Assembly (NCBI GenBank): GCA_020437385.1
Contig: JAGQWL010000049.1
Span: forward strand, 20,827-84,826
Length of the DNA: 64,000 nt
DNA from: Bacteroidota bacterium
GTDB lineage: Bacteria > Bacteroidota > Rhodothermia > Rhodothermales > JABDKH01
Direction of reading: 5' to 3'
Positions within the stretch are counted from its first letter, which is position 1. Each line of letters opens with the position of its first letter. Below the pieces are notes generated by a model, which made no database searches, was not told the DNA's origin, and was given only the letters and a program-made list of their open reading frames with translations. The position numbers and the translations under genes are program-made. Shown here one piece after another: positions 29,081 through 38,540 of this stretch.

Positions 29081-29425
29081 TTACAGACCAAGATTGCCGA
29101 GGTCCATGCCCGGAGGCAGGAATCCGCCGGCTGCCTTGCTCATCTCGTCTTTGGCGAGTTGTGCTGCTTCGTCGAGCGCTTTGTTCGTTCCGGCGATGAT
29201 CAGATCCTCAAGCAGTTCCATATCGTCAACGTCGACAGCCTCCGGATCGATCTTGATCGAGGTAATACGCTGTTGGCCGTTCGCCGTAACCTTTACCATG
29301 CCTCCGCCAGCCTCGGCCGTGACGGATTTCTGGGCAAGGTTGTCCTGCGCCTCCTCGACCTTCTGGCGCATTTCCATCATCTTGCCGAACATGTCGGCCA
29401 TATTAAACTGATCGGGCATATCCAT
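29081..29425 (-). CDS. ybaB: Nucleoid-associated protein YbaB/EbfC
   Basis: The track ORF 29081..29557 overlaps the dnaX end. I trimmed it to the ATG at 29425 (CAT 29423-29425). The core GGGMVKVTANGQQRITSIKIDPE is the YbaB signature. Confidence 0.85.
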   Translation of the reverse strand: MDMPDQFNMADMFGKMMEMRQKVEEAQDNLAQKSVTAEAGGGMVKVTANGQQRITSIKIDPEAVDVDDMELLEDLIIAGTNKALDEAAQLAKDEMSKAAGGFLPPGMDLGNLGL

Positions 29426-29537
29426 TGGGAAAGTGGGTCGGATCAAAAGGAGTTTCCGCCATCTCTGAAAATACGCATCTACCGCGACTTGTTCCGCGAT
29501 GCACGCGGAGGACGGAATGCACGTGGTGGCGGTTTCC

Positions 29538-31463
29538 CTACCAGACGAGCTCGCCACCGAATTCGTCGAACAGTGCGCGAATCATCGGGCTCTCCTGACG
29601 TTTCCGGTTCATGTACTCATGCGGATCGAATGATTCCTCCGGCGCCGACTCGTCGGTCTCCTCGGCCTCGGATCGGATGGCAAACCGGAGTTGATCTACC
29701 CGCAGGCCGGAGTGGGTGCCGAGGTGCTCTCGGAGGAACGTCTCCTGATTCTCCAGCAGCCGTCGATGGAAATCGTCGGGGATAGCGATCGTGAGCACAT
29801 GTGCTGAGAACGCAGCAGGCGATCCGTGTTGAAGAAGGGACCCGACGTGGATGCGATCCGACTTTACGGCACGGACAAAAGCCAGCCAGATCGATTCGAT
29901 CTCCCTGAGCTCCGCAGATTTCTTCCCGGGATCCGGGATCGATATGGTCGCCAGCGCAGCCGAACCCTCGGTGCGTGACTCCGGCGCCGCAGAACTTCGG
30001 GGGTGTTTCTTCAGGGCGGGCGGGCCAAACAGGCTGGGGGCGTCGGCCCCCTCCGTTTCTGCGGGGCGACGCTCCACCGTGATGTCAGATTCCTGCGTTT
30101 CGGGAGGCGCCTGCCGCGCCGGCTGTTGACGCGCAGGTGCCGGAGCAGCGCGATCGGCGGCCGAAACCGATTCCGGTGATGCCTGCTTCGGCTCCGTCAT
30201 CGGCGGGATGGCGGCCGACTTCTGCGGGCTGCTTTTTGGCGCGGCGGTCGGATTCTCGACACCGCGTGCGTCCGCTTTCGGCTGTCGCGACGACGCCGGT
30301 CGATTGCTGTCGCCTTTACGGATTTCCTCAAGAAGTGTCCGGACATCTTCGACCGATGCCATGTTCACGATCTTGAGGAGACCGAGCTCCACCGTGAGCC
30401 GTGGCTGAGCGCTCGACCGAATTGATTCCTCGGTGTCCGCCACGACAGTCATCATCCGCAGGAGGTTCGGTTCGCTTGTGGCTCGCGCAGCCGAGGCATA
30501 ACGTTTCTGCACGTCGGACGTGGCCTCGATCAGTCGCGTATCCTTCATCGTATGGGCGACATACAGGTTTCGAAGGTGTCCGAGGAGACCGTTCAGGAAC
30601 TCGTGCAGATCGTATCCTTCCGTGACGACCTTGTCCACAAGGCCAAGCATTCGTGCGCTGTCATTCGAAACGGCGCTCTCCGTCACGTCGAAAAAGATGT
30701 CTACATCCACGACACGAAATGCCCGAGCCAGCTCGTCGTAGCGGATGTCGGTGCCGCAGAGGGCGACGGCCTGATCGAATGCCGACAATGCGTCACGCAG
30801 GGCACCATCACCCTTTCGCGCAATGAGCATGAGCGACGCTTCATCGGCCTTGATTCCTTCCGTATCGCTGATGTGCTGTAACCGCGTCACGATTTCCGGA
30901 ACGGCAATCCTTCGATAGTCGAATCGTTGGCACCTGGACAGAATCGTCGGCAGCACCTTATGGGGCTCTGTCGTCGCGAAGATGAAAAGAACGTACGGCG
31001 GCGGTTCTTCCAGGGTTTTCAGCAACGCATTGAATGCCGCGTTGGAGAGCATGTGGACCTCATCCACAATGTAGACTTTCCGGCGCGCACCCTGGGGCGG
31101 AATCCGGACGGTTTCTCGCAGCTCGCGGATGTCATCCACCTTATTGTTGGATGCCGCGTCGAGTTCAATGACATTCAGGCTGCGGCCTTCATCGAAAGAG
31201 AGGCAGGACTGACACGTCTGGCAGGGCTCGGCAGAATCGATGCGCTGATCAAGCGGAGTTTCGCAGTTGATCGCTTTCGCGAGAATCCGCGCGCCCGTCG
31301 TTTTTCCGACACCTCGCGGCCCACTGAACAGGTACGCGTGGGCGATGCGATACAGGCGGATGGCGTTCTTCAGCGTTTCCGTGACATGGTCCTGGCCGAC
31401 AACTTCCGCGAAAGATCGCGGTCGGTACTTTCGCGCAGAAACCAGGTAGCGATGATCCGACAT
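29538..31463 (-). CDS. dnaX: DNA polymerase III subunit gamma/tau
   Basis: 641-aa ORF with Walker A GPRGVGKTT, DEVHMLS and the zinc module CQTCQSC, plus a Pro/Ala-rich linker and C-terminal tau domains. Confidence 0.9.
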   Translation of the reverse strand: MSDHRYLVSARKYRPRSFAEVVGQDHVTETLKNAIRLYRIAHAYLFSGPRGVGKTTGARILAKAINCETPLDQRIDSAEPCQTCQSCLSFDEGRSLNVIELDAASNNKVDDIRELRETVRIPPQGARRKVYIVDEVHMLSNAAFNALLKTLEEPPPYVLFIFATTEPHKVLPTILSRCQRFDYRRIAVPEIVTRLQHISDTEGIKADEASLMLIARKGDGALRDALSAFDQAVALCGTDIRYDELARAFRVVDVDIFFDVTESAVSNDSARMLGLVDKVVTEGYDLHEFLNGLLGHLRNLYVAHTMKDTRLIEATSDVQKRYASAARATSEPNLLRMMTVVADTEESIRSSAQPRLTVELGLLKIVNMASVEDVRTLLEEIRKGDSNRPASSRQPKADARGVENPTAAPKSSPQKSAAIPPMTEPKQASPESVSAADRAAPAPARQQPARQAPPETQESDITVERRPAETEGADAPSLFGPPALKKHPRSSAAPESRTEGSAALATISIPDPGKKSAELREIESIWLAFVRAVKSDRIHVGSLLQHGSPAAFSAHVLTIAIPDDFHRRLLENQETFLREHLGTHSGLRVDQLRFAIRSEAEETDESAPEESFDPHEYMNRKRQESPMIRALFDEFGGELVW

Positions 31464-31618
31464 TGATTGCTTCTTCCTGAGACTACAGGTGCTCGTCGAA
31501 GGTTAAAGGGATTGTTTTCACCGAAGTTGCAACATACCGGTCGCGGGGTCGGAAGACAACGGATGTGGAAAACTGGGATTCCGCTTCACGACCGACCGAG
31601 TGCCGTTCCGGCGAAACC

Positions 31619-32359
31619 TCAGGATTCCTCGGCAGAGTCCGGGGACTGCGGCATTCGTTCGGTTACCGAGATCGCATCGGTCGCAAGCCCGTCTCCGGCC
31701 GGGATGTCCGGAATGCCCGAATCCGTGTCAGGGGTCGCTCTCAGCCCGGGGTTCTGCCCGGCCGCGTTCGATTCACCTTCAGTGCGCGACGAAAGCGACG
31801 GATCAAAGCATCTGCGGCACCGGGGTTCGTAGGATTCGGACGCCCCCACCACAACACGATCCGTCGCTGTAACGATTCGTTGTGAGTGATTGGCCGGTGA
31901 TCCACACACGACGCAGATTGCGTGCAGTTTCGTGACGTACTCTGCAATCGCCATCAGTTGCGGAATGGGTTCGAACGGCTGCCCAAGGTAGTCCTGGTCG
32001 AGACCGGCAACGATGACCCGTTTTCCCGATTCGGCGAGGCTTCGACAGACCTCAACCAGCTCGAGGCCAAAAAACTGGGCTTCATCGATTCCGATGACCT
32101 GTGCCTGGCCCGAAAGGAGGATGATCTGATGTGCCGAATCAACGGGAGTCGAGAGGATCGCGTTTTCGTCGTGCGACACCACCTCGCTTTCGCTGAATCT
32201 GACGTCAATGGCCGGCTTGAAGATCTCGACGCGCAGCCTTGCAATTCGTGCCCGTTTCAGCCGGCGAATGAGTTCCTCCGTCTTTCCACTGAACATCGAG
32301 CCGCATACAACCTCGATCCAGCCGGGCTGGTTTGAGCGATCCACTACAATCGGATCCAT
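31619..32359 (-). CDS. tdk: Thymidine kinase
   Basis: 246-aa ORF with the P-loop GSMFSGKTEEL and the zinc ribbon CVVCG...CRRC. It carries a low-complexity C-terminal extension of about 50 aa. Confidence 0.9.
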   Translation of the reverse strand: MDPIVVDRSNQPGWIEVVCGSMFSGKTEELIRRLKRARIARLRVEIFKPAIDVRFSESEVVSHDENAILSTPVDSAHQIILLSGQAQVIGIDEAQFFGLELVEVCRSLAESGKRVIVAGLDQDYLGQPFEPIPQLMAIAEYVTKLHAICVVCGSPANHSQRIVTATDRVVVGASESYEPRCRRCFDPSLSSRTEGESNAAGQNPGLRATPDTDSGIPDIPAGDGLATDAISVTERMPQSPDSAEES

Positions 32360-32431
32360 CGTCGCGCTCGAAATGTGAAAGGATTTTCCGGAGACCCCAA
32401 TGCCCGCCGTCGTCAGCGAATTTAGTAAACG

Positions 32432-33199
32432 TCAGATTATTTCGATCGTTTCTGACGGTACCCAGCCCCTGACTCCGTTTGGAAGCTGTACCAACGTCCA
32501 TTCGCCTGAAACGGCATTCACGTCCACGACGAGCCCCTCATGGATTTCGAGCTCGCTCTCCTGGGTTTCAGGATCGTCCACGACGGGAATCTCTTCCGCC
32601 ATGACCACGGCGGATTCGTCTCGGCCGATTGACATCGAGGCCAGGATACCGCCGAAAAGAAGCGGGAGACCGAGGACAAGCGCAACCGTGACACCTCGCC
32701 GGAGCCACACATTTTCTGACCGGGACCACATACGATAACCGATACCCGCCATCCCGATTACGTAGAGCAACAGACCGATCATCGTCAAGGGCTTGACCAT
32801 CCGCCGCGGAAAGAGCCGGTGCCACAGTGCCTTCAGAAACGGCTCCGGAAGCTTGGAGAACTTGTCGGCAAGCTTCGTTGAGGTCAGCAAAAGGCTGTGC
32901 TGCAGTTCGACACTCGCCGGGTTGAGACGCTCCGAACGCTTGTAGTACAGGATGGCCTTCCCAAGCTCGTCGAGCCTGTATGACGCATTCCCCATGTTGT
33001 AGTAGAGCTCCGGACTTTCAAATCCGGAATCGAGTGCCGCCTGCCACGAAGCAAGGGCCTCTTGATATTCACCCCGGGCGTAGTGCGTGGCACCCTCGTC
33101 GAAATGCTGAAGCGTTTCCGCCGATTGCCCGAACGCGGCATTGAGCAGCGTCACGAGCATCAGATTCAGTAGCGTCATTGTCGGCATGCGGCGGTTCAT
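32432..33199 (-). CDS. batE: BatE-like TPR + SH3b domain protein
   Basis: 255-aa ORF with a signal peptide, TPR repeats (ARGEYQEALASWQAAL), TM helices and a C-terminal SH3-like segment (GEWTLVQLPNGVRGWVPSETIEI). It is the last gene of the Bat-like operon and has a 4-nt overlap with batD. Confidence 0.7.
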   Translation of the reverse strand: MNRRMPTMTLLNLMLVTLLNAAFGQSAETLQHFDEGATHYARGEYQEALASWQAALDSGFESPELYYNMGNASYRLDELGKAILYYKRSERLNPASVELQHSLLLTSTKLADKFSKLPEPFLKALWHRLFPRRMVKPLTMIGLLLYVIGMAGIGYRMWSRSENVWLRRGVTVALVLGLPLLFGGILASMSIGRDESAVVMAEEIPVVDDPETQESELEIHEGLVVDVNAVSGEWTLVQLPNGVRGWVPSETIEII

Positions 33200-35106
33200 T
33201 GCTTTGCCTCCCGTGCCAGCGCGGTCAGTCGCTCGTGGATCTTTTCAATAAGGAACGAGGCCCGCTCCATTGCAGTCTGCATCTGCGAAGTATTCGGCGG
33301 CGTAGGAGCAAAGCGAACGTGATCACATTCGTCCAGGAGGTTCATCACGCCGGCACGAATATCACGTTCGATTCCAGCGTCCGCCAGTGTCGCGTCGAGT
33401 TGCTCCCGCGTCAGCGCCCGTTCACCCACGTTCAGTCGATTCCCGATGAAGCCCAGCAGCGCGCGATCAAGCTCGCCATAGTAGCCCTTTGCGTCACCAG
33501 CCTGCAGCAGTTCTGCCGCTGCCTTCAGGTGTTTTCTGGCCACCGGGTGCGCCTTTCGTCCGCGTGCATACGTGACGTCTGATGCCAGCTTCTCGTTGAA
33601 TCCTCGATAGGCGGCAATGCCCAGAAGTGCCAGTGCCGGAAGCAGAAGGAACGTCCACACGAGGGCAGATCGGTGCACGGCGCGTCGATTTGCACGTACC
33701 CAGTCTGACGCGCTCTCCGCGATAGGGGGAATGTCATCGACCGGAAGTCCTGCTGACGTCGCGGCTGTTACGCCCGTGACGGGCGCCTCACCCGTTACCG
33801 TGACGGAGAACGGACCCGAACTCACGGACTCGTACCTGCCGTTCGTCGGATTCAGGAAGGCGAACCGTATCTCTGGAATCTCAAACGTTCCATTCGTTCG
33901 GGGTACGAGGATGTAGGTGAACGTCTTGGTGCCGCGGACGCTGTTTCCCGAACGTGACACATCCGTCGAGACCTGTGGATCGTAGGTCTCAAAGACGCCG
34001 GGAGCATCAAGGGTCGGGCCCTCCAACGTCGCAATGTTGCCCGTACCTGAGATTGTGACGGTCAGTTCGACTGATTCGCCTACTTCGACCTCGGATCGAT
34101 TCAGTTCTGCATTCAGCCGGAACGAACCGACCGCGCCGTTGAACGCCGCAGGTGCGCCGTCTGGAAACGATTTGCCAACGATCGTGACAGGTCGACTACT
34201 CAACTCAACGGGTTGATACCGGCTGCGAAGACTGAAGAAGGGATCTCGGCTGCCGGACGTGGCCTCGCTCTCGATCTTGAGCGCGTCAACTGTCAGTTCG
34301 CCGGTCCGTGTCGGGAAAACTGCAACGCGCTTCAGCGTTATGACATTGTAGCGGATGCCATTCTCGACGACCGTTCGAGGGACCGGTCGGCTTTCGACGT
34401 CGAGCTCTTCGCGCCAGAAACCTTCGGCATCCCACGAATCGGCGAGCCGACTCTGCCGAAGCTGCACGCCACTCCTGAAGTAGAGATCGTACTCGATCAA
34501 TACCTGCTCGTTTTGATATGCGTTGCGTTTACTCGGTCGCGCCCGGATGAAGAGATCCGAGTTGTTCAGTTCGGGTGCCGGCTGGTCATCACCGAACGCC
34601 TCGTCAAACAGTGAGCGCGGCTGCCTTGCCTGCGGGCGAGCCGGACGCGATGCCTGCGGCACGACGTTGATATCGACTGGATCAGTCTTGTACGTCTTCC
34701 CGCCTGCCACAATAGTACTCTCGCCGATCGTAGCCTTGCCTGTGCCAGTAGGGGTGAACTGCCACGAGTAGCTCATGCTAACAGTCATCGATCCGTTGAC
34801 GACCGAGATGTTTCGTGCAGAACTGGGATAGCGGTTGGCAAGCACGAGCCCCTTTGTTTCTGGAGGCTGCGGCGTTCGAATGTCTGGAAGCGAGGAGCCT
34901 TGAACTTCAATCGTGTAGGTCAGCCGCTCCTCCGATCCGATGGTCGTTTCGTCGACCAGGGCCGAGACCTTCAGGTTCTGGGCCAGCGCGGCGTGTTGAG
35001 ACAGCACGACAAGCACAAACGCGACAAGCGTCGCCGCGCGACGCTGCCCGATGCTGCGGCAGGATAGTGGATGGGTACGGATCGACATAGCCAGGACCTC
35101 TACCAA
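33196..35106 (-). CDS. batD: BatD-like oxygen tolerance protein
   Basis: 636-aa ORF with a signal peptide, repeated Ig-like segments, a late TM helix and a C-terminal helical region. Size and position between TPR and BatE genes match BatD. Confidence 0.75.
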   Translation of the reverse strand: MVEVLAMSIRTHPLSCRSIGQRRAATLVAFVLVVLSQHAALAQNLKVSALVDETTIGSEERLTYTIEVQGSSLPDIRTPQPPETKGLVLANRYPSSARNISVVNGSMTVSMSYSWQFTPTGTGKATIGESTIVAGGKTYKTDPVDINVVPQASRPARPQARQPRSLFDEAFGDDQPAPELNNSDLFIRARPSKRNAYQNEQVLIEYDLYFRSGVQLRQSRLADSWDAEGFWREELDVESRPVPRTVVENGIRYNVITLKRVAVFPTRTGELTVDALKIESEATSGSRDPFFSLRSRYQPVELSSRPVTIVGKSFPDGAPAAFNGAVGSFRLNAELNRSEVEVGESVELTVTISGTGNIATLEGPTLDAPGVFETYDPQVSTDVSRSGNSVRGTKTFTYILVPRTNGTFEIPEIRFAFLNPTNGRYESVSSGPFSVTVTGEAPVTGVTAATSAGLPVDDIPPIAESASDWVRANRRAVHRSALVWTFLLLPALALLGIAAYRGFNEKLASDVTYARGRKAHPVARKHLKAAAELLQAGDAKGYYGELDRALLGFIGNRLNVGERALTREQLDATLADAGIERDIRAGVMNLLDECDHVRFAPTPPNTSQMQTAMERASFLIEKIHERLTALAREAKQ

Positions 35107-35771
35107 TCCTTTTCGACTCGGCGCGGACGCACCTTCATCTTCTGTACCTCCCGCAGCAACTGCCCCTCCTCGTTTTCGAGTGCCTGAAGAATCCGTTCGG
35201 CCTCTTCCTGGCTCAACTGATCAGGATCCGGTTCCTTCGACTGCGCGCCCGGCTGTTTGTCCTCTTCGCCGCCGCCACTTTGTTCATCGCTCTGCTGTTG
35301 CTGATCCTGCTGTTGCTGATCCTGCTGATCCTGTTGATCCTGCTGATCCTGCTGATCCTGCTGATCCTGGTCCTGCTGGTCCTGCTGCTGCTGATCCTGT
35401 TGATCCTGCTGGTCCTGCTGCTGATCTTGCTGCTGATCTTGCTGTTGCTGTTGCTGTTGCTGTTGCTCCTTTTCTTTTTTTGCTTCCTCAATCAGCGCTT
35501 TGAGGCTTTGAAGATCAGCATCGTCAGGAGCGATCGTAAGGCCCGCATCGACAGCTCGCGCCGCGTCCTCCAACTTGTCGCCGATATAATCGCGCGCGGA
35601 CGTGTGGAAATAGTCGTTGGCGGTCTGTGCCTCTGCAAAACGCGGCGACGCCAAAAGAACGACGAGCAGGAGAAGACCACCCGACACCGCGCGGCCGCTG
35701 GTCCACCGGCATCCCGGCGAGCTACTGCAATCGAACCTCAACGCCCTTGTTATCGCTTTGTCCATTTTCAT
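35100..35771 (-). CDS. TPR-like protein with a ~58-residue Gln/Asp repeat tract (BatC-like paralog)
   Basis: 223-aa ORF with a signal/TM, a short TPR-like segment, a Q/D tract encoded by a CTGCTGATC-type microsatellite, and a conserved-looking tail EEAERILQALENEEGQLLREVQK. Confidence 0.6.
   Translation of the reverse strand: MKMDKAITRALRFDCSSSPGCRWTSGRAVSGGLLLLVVLLASPRFAEAQTANDYFHTSARDYIGDKLEDAARAVDAGLTIAPDDADLQSLKALIEEAKKEKEQQQQQQQQQDQQQDQQQDQQDQQDQQQQDQQDQDQQDQQDQQDQQDQQDQQQQDQQQQSDEQSGGGEEDKQPGAQSKEPDPDQLSQEEAERILQALENEEGQLLREVQKMKVRPRRVEKDW
35292..35467. repeat. Imperfect CTG/CTGATC microsatellite (9-bp unit CTGCTGATC and variants, ~176 bp)
   Basis: Read directly on the plus strand. It encodes the QQD/QD repeats of the 35100..35771 protein on the minus strand. 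Confidence 0.9.
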
Positions 35772-35828
35772 CCGTCTCTTTCGTCCAGCATTCCAACGGT
35801 CACGCTGTCTTGTCCGGTACGGTTGTAC

Positions 35829-36515
35829 TTACTGATTGATCTCCGCCACCGAGCCGATTCGGTCGATGAATTCCTGAAACGCCTTAACCGACGGGTCAAC
35901 CGTCAAGCCATCCTCCATCAGCTGGTGCGCGTCGGCGTATTGCCTCTGCCGAACCAGTTCTTCTGCCCGCGCCTTTAACTCCTTTGCATAGGCTGATGGG
36001 GGAGGGGGCGGGCTTCCCTGTGACCCATCCTGCTTGTTTTGGTTCTCTTTCTTCAACTCGCGCATGACGAGTTCATAGTTGAACTTGGCGTCCGCATTGT
36101 CAGGCTCCTGGAGGAGTGAGCGCTTGAAGTAGTCCGCCGAAAGCTGCTTCTGGCTGTCTGCATATGCCGTAAACCCTGCATTGTAGTAGCCCCGCGATCG
36201 CTCGCCGTTCGACGTCGACGCGTTCACCGACGCAACGAAGTTGTCGCGCGCCTCGCTTCCCTTCTCCTGCATCATCAAGCCGGCACCGGCGTTATTGAGA
36301 AGTGACGAGAGGATTTCGCCCCTGGGTTCCTCGTCAGACCGTGTCAGCAGTTTATCAATTCCGGCTCCGTAGGAGGAAACGGCTTCCTCGTATTCACCTT
36401 GCTTGAATTTCGCATTCCCTTTCCGGCCGGCCCCTGCGCCCGGATGGCAGCCCGCGATGATCACGCAGGCAGCAATGAAGACGGTCGCTGTGATATTTGA
36501 GAAAGCACTCTTCAT
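35829..36515 (-). CDS. batC: TPR repeat lipoprotein (BatC-like)
   Basis: 228-aa ORF with the lipobox IIAGC and TPR repeats (FKQGEYEEAVSSYGAGI, YNAGFTAYADSQ). It has a 4-nt overlap with the batB stop. Confidence 0.65.
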   Translation of the reverse strand: MKSAFSNITATVFIAACVIIAGCHPGAGAGRKGNAKFKQGEYEEAVSSYGAGIDKLLTRSDEEPRGEILSSLLNNAGAGLMMQEKGSEARDNFVASVNASTSNGERSRGYYNAGFTAYADSQKQLSADYFKRSLLQEPDNADAKFNYELVMRELKKENQNKQDGSQGSPPPPPSAYAKELKARAEELVRQRQYADAHQLMEDGLTVDPSVKAFQEFIDRIGSVAEINQ

Positions 36516-37549
36516 ACACTGCTTCCCTCGGTGCCATGACTACGGTGACGCCGGGTATCGGTCCACGCCAGCTCCGCAACTAGAAGCATCAGCGCGAGTG
36601 CCAACGGCCACTGGTATTGTTCGTCGTACTCCTCGAATTCCTCAGTTCCAAACTCGTTCTTCTCCAAACGATCGAGAGCAGCGGTTATTTTGGGAAGCGA
36701 GCTCGCAGTTTTTGCAATCCTGAAATACGCGCCGCCATCGGCGAGTTTGCGGAGCGCATCTTCCTCAAGTCGCGTCATCACTACCTGTCCCTGCCGGTCC
36801 TTTTTGTAGACGGTGCCGGAACGGTTTCTCGAAACGGGAATCGGCACGCCTTCGGTTTCACCGACTCCGGCCGTAAAGAGGACGATCCCCGCACGCTCGG
36901 CCTGCTGCACCAGATCATCAATGTCAGGCACGTGGTTTTCACCGTCCGAAACGATCAACAGCGCCTGGGTTCTGCTATCGTCGTTCTCCTCGCGCGCATT
37001 CTCAAAGGCCGAAATCGCTGTTCGAAGCGCCGCGCCAAAGTCTGTTCCGGGAGTCGGAATAAGGTCAGGATTTGCCACATCCATGAAGAGCCGAACGGCT
37101 CCATAGTCGTTCGTCAGCGGACACTGCAGGAAGGCGTCTCCGCTGAATAAAACAAGCCCGACTCGATCGCCTCCGAGCTGGTCGAGCAGTTTCTTGATCT
37201 CGTTGCGTGCTCGGTCAAGCCGGTTCGGAGCGACATCCTGAGCCTGCATCGACAGCGAAACATCGAGGGCAATGATCAGGTCGATACCCTCACGCTGGAC
37301 CTCCTTTATCTGTGAGCCAAATCGCGGTCCCATCAGCGCAACTGCGGCAAACAGAACTGCGGCCGCGACGAGCGCGGCCTTCCATCGGCGGCGGCGAGAA
37401 CTGATGTGCGGCATCAGTCGAGCAGCAACGGCCTCGTCTGCAAGACGGGCAACAAGCCGCTTGCGTCTGACAAACGCCAGCACGAACAATGCGACCACCA
37501 GCGGGACCGCAAAGAGCGTCCAGAAATATTGCGGATGAAGCCACTCCAT
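36512..37549 (-). CDS. batB: VWA domain protein BatB
   Basis: 345-aa ORF with two N-terminal TM helices, a VWA domain with MIDAS DVSLS (LIIALDVSLSMQAQD) and a C-terminal TM. Confidence 0.85.
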   Translation of the reverse strand: MEWLHPQYFWTLFAVPLVVALFVLAFVRRKRLVARLADEAVAARLMPHISSRRRRWKAALVAAAVLFAAVALMGPRFGSQIKEVQREGIDLIIALDVSLSMQAQDVAPNRLDRARNEIKKLLDQLGGDRVGLVLFSGDAFLQCPLTNDYGAVRLFMDVANPDLIPTPGTDFGAALRTAISAFENAREENDDSRTQALLIVSDGENHVPDIDDLVQQAERAGIVLFTAGVGETEGVPIPVSRNRSGTVYKKDRQGQVVMTRLEEDALRKLADGGAYFRIAKTASSLPKITAALDRLEKNEFGTEEFEEYDEQYQWPLALALMLLVAELAWTDTRRHRSHGTEGSSV

Positions 37550-37552
37550 CGA

Positions 37553-38536
37553 TCAGGGGATTCGTTTCAGTCGGGTAGATGCCAGCAGCACTTCCAGCAA
37601 AATCAACAGAAAGGCAGGAAACAGGAAAACGGCATACTTCTCATCGTAGTCGGTGTAGACCTGCTCTTCGATCTTTGTTTTCTCAAGCTGGCCGATCTCG
37701 TCGTAAATGCGTCGGAGTGCCTGCTTGTCGGTTGCGCGGTAGTAGCGTCCGCCGGTTTCGGAGGCTACGGACCGCAGCATGTCTTCATCAATCTCCACCG
37801 GCATCATCCGTTGTTGTCGACCGACCAATGGGTGGTCAATCATAACCGGTGCTTCGCCATAGGTACCGAGTCCGATCGCGTACACTCGGATGCCCATCGC
37901 CTTCGCAACCTCAGCCGCGGTCACCGGGTCTATCTCGCCACGATTGTTCTGGCCATCGGTGAGGAGGATGACAACCTTGCTCTTGGCCTCGGTCTCCTTG
38001 AGCCGATTGACCGATACGGTCAATGCCGTGCCGATTGCGGTGCCGTCCTCGATTGCTCCAACCTCGACCTCCGATAACATCGTCTGCAGAAAATCGTAAT
38101 CAAGCGTCAACGGAGACTGTGTAAACGCCTTTGCCGCAAACACGACGAGCCCAATTCGATCCGAGGTCCGACCTTTGATGAAGTCGGACCCTACTTCTCT
38201 AGCGGCTTCAAACCGATTCGGCTTGAAGTCCTGGGCGCGCATCGATGTGGACGTATCCAGAACCATCATGATGTCGACGCCCTCCGCATAGCGCTGCCTG
38301 AGTTCGTTGCGCTTTTGCGGCCGGGCAAGAGCGATGACGCCGAGTGCCAACGCGGTGACGCGCAGAAACGTTGGAAGCCAGCGGAGGCGTGTCCAAACGG
38401 ATTTCGGTGCCAACCGGGCGGCAGCGACGCTCGGATACCGCAATCCGACCCTGCGGCGGTTCCGCCACCAGTCAAACAGCCCGAACAGAAGAACCGCCGG
38501 AAGCAGTAGTAGCCAGCCTGGTTGTGCAAATTCCAT
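37553..38536 (-). CDS. batA: VWA domain protein BatA
   Basis: The track ORF 37553..39040 runs over the upstream gene in another frame. I trimmed it to the ATG at 38536 (CAT 38534-38536), giving 327 aa starting MEFAQPGWLLLL. MIDAS motif is DTSTS (MMVLDTSTSMRAQD). Confidence 0.85.
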   Translation of the reverse strand: MEFAQPGWLLLLPAVLLFGLFDWWRNRRRVGLRYPSVAAARLAPKSVWTRLRWLPTFLRVTALALGVIALARPQKRNELRQRYAEGVDIMMVLDTSTSMRAQDFKPNRFEAAREVGSDFIKGRTSDRIGLVVFAAKAFTQSPLTLDYDFLQTMLSEVEVGAIEDGTAIGTALTVSVNRLKETEAKSKVVILLTDGQNNRGEIDPVTAAEVAKAMGIRVYAIGLGTYGEAPVMIDHPLVGRQQRMMPVEIDEDMLRSVASETGGRYYRATDKQALRRIYDEIGQLEKTKIEEQVYTDYDEKYAVFLFPAFLLILLEVLLASTRLKRIP

Positions 38537-38540
38537 GCTC

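Noticed and set aside
29538-31463. Programmed frameshift or slippery A-run in dnaX (gamma/tau production)
   Set aside because: The longest coding-strand A-runs are 5 nt (CCAAAAAGC near 30231-30239, and GGAAAAACG in the Walker A region). There is no A-AAA-AAG heptamer and no obvious downstream hairpin.
31520-31600. SRP (4.5S) RNA-like segment GGGGUC-GGAA-GAC upstream of dnaX, where ffs often sits
   Set aside because: The GGAA tetraloop helix is there. However, the flanking near-universal AGG / AGCA symmetric-loop nucleotides are replaced (GGG / AACG), and it lies on the strand opposite to dnaX. I could not draw the closing helix. A cmscan with the Bacteria_small_SRP model would settle it.
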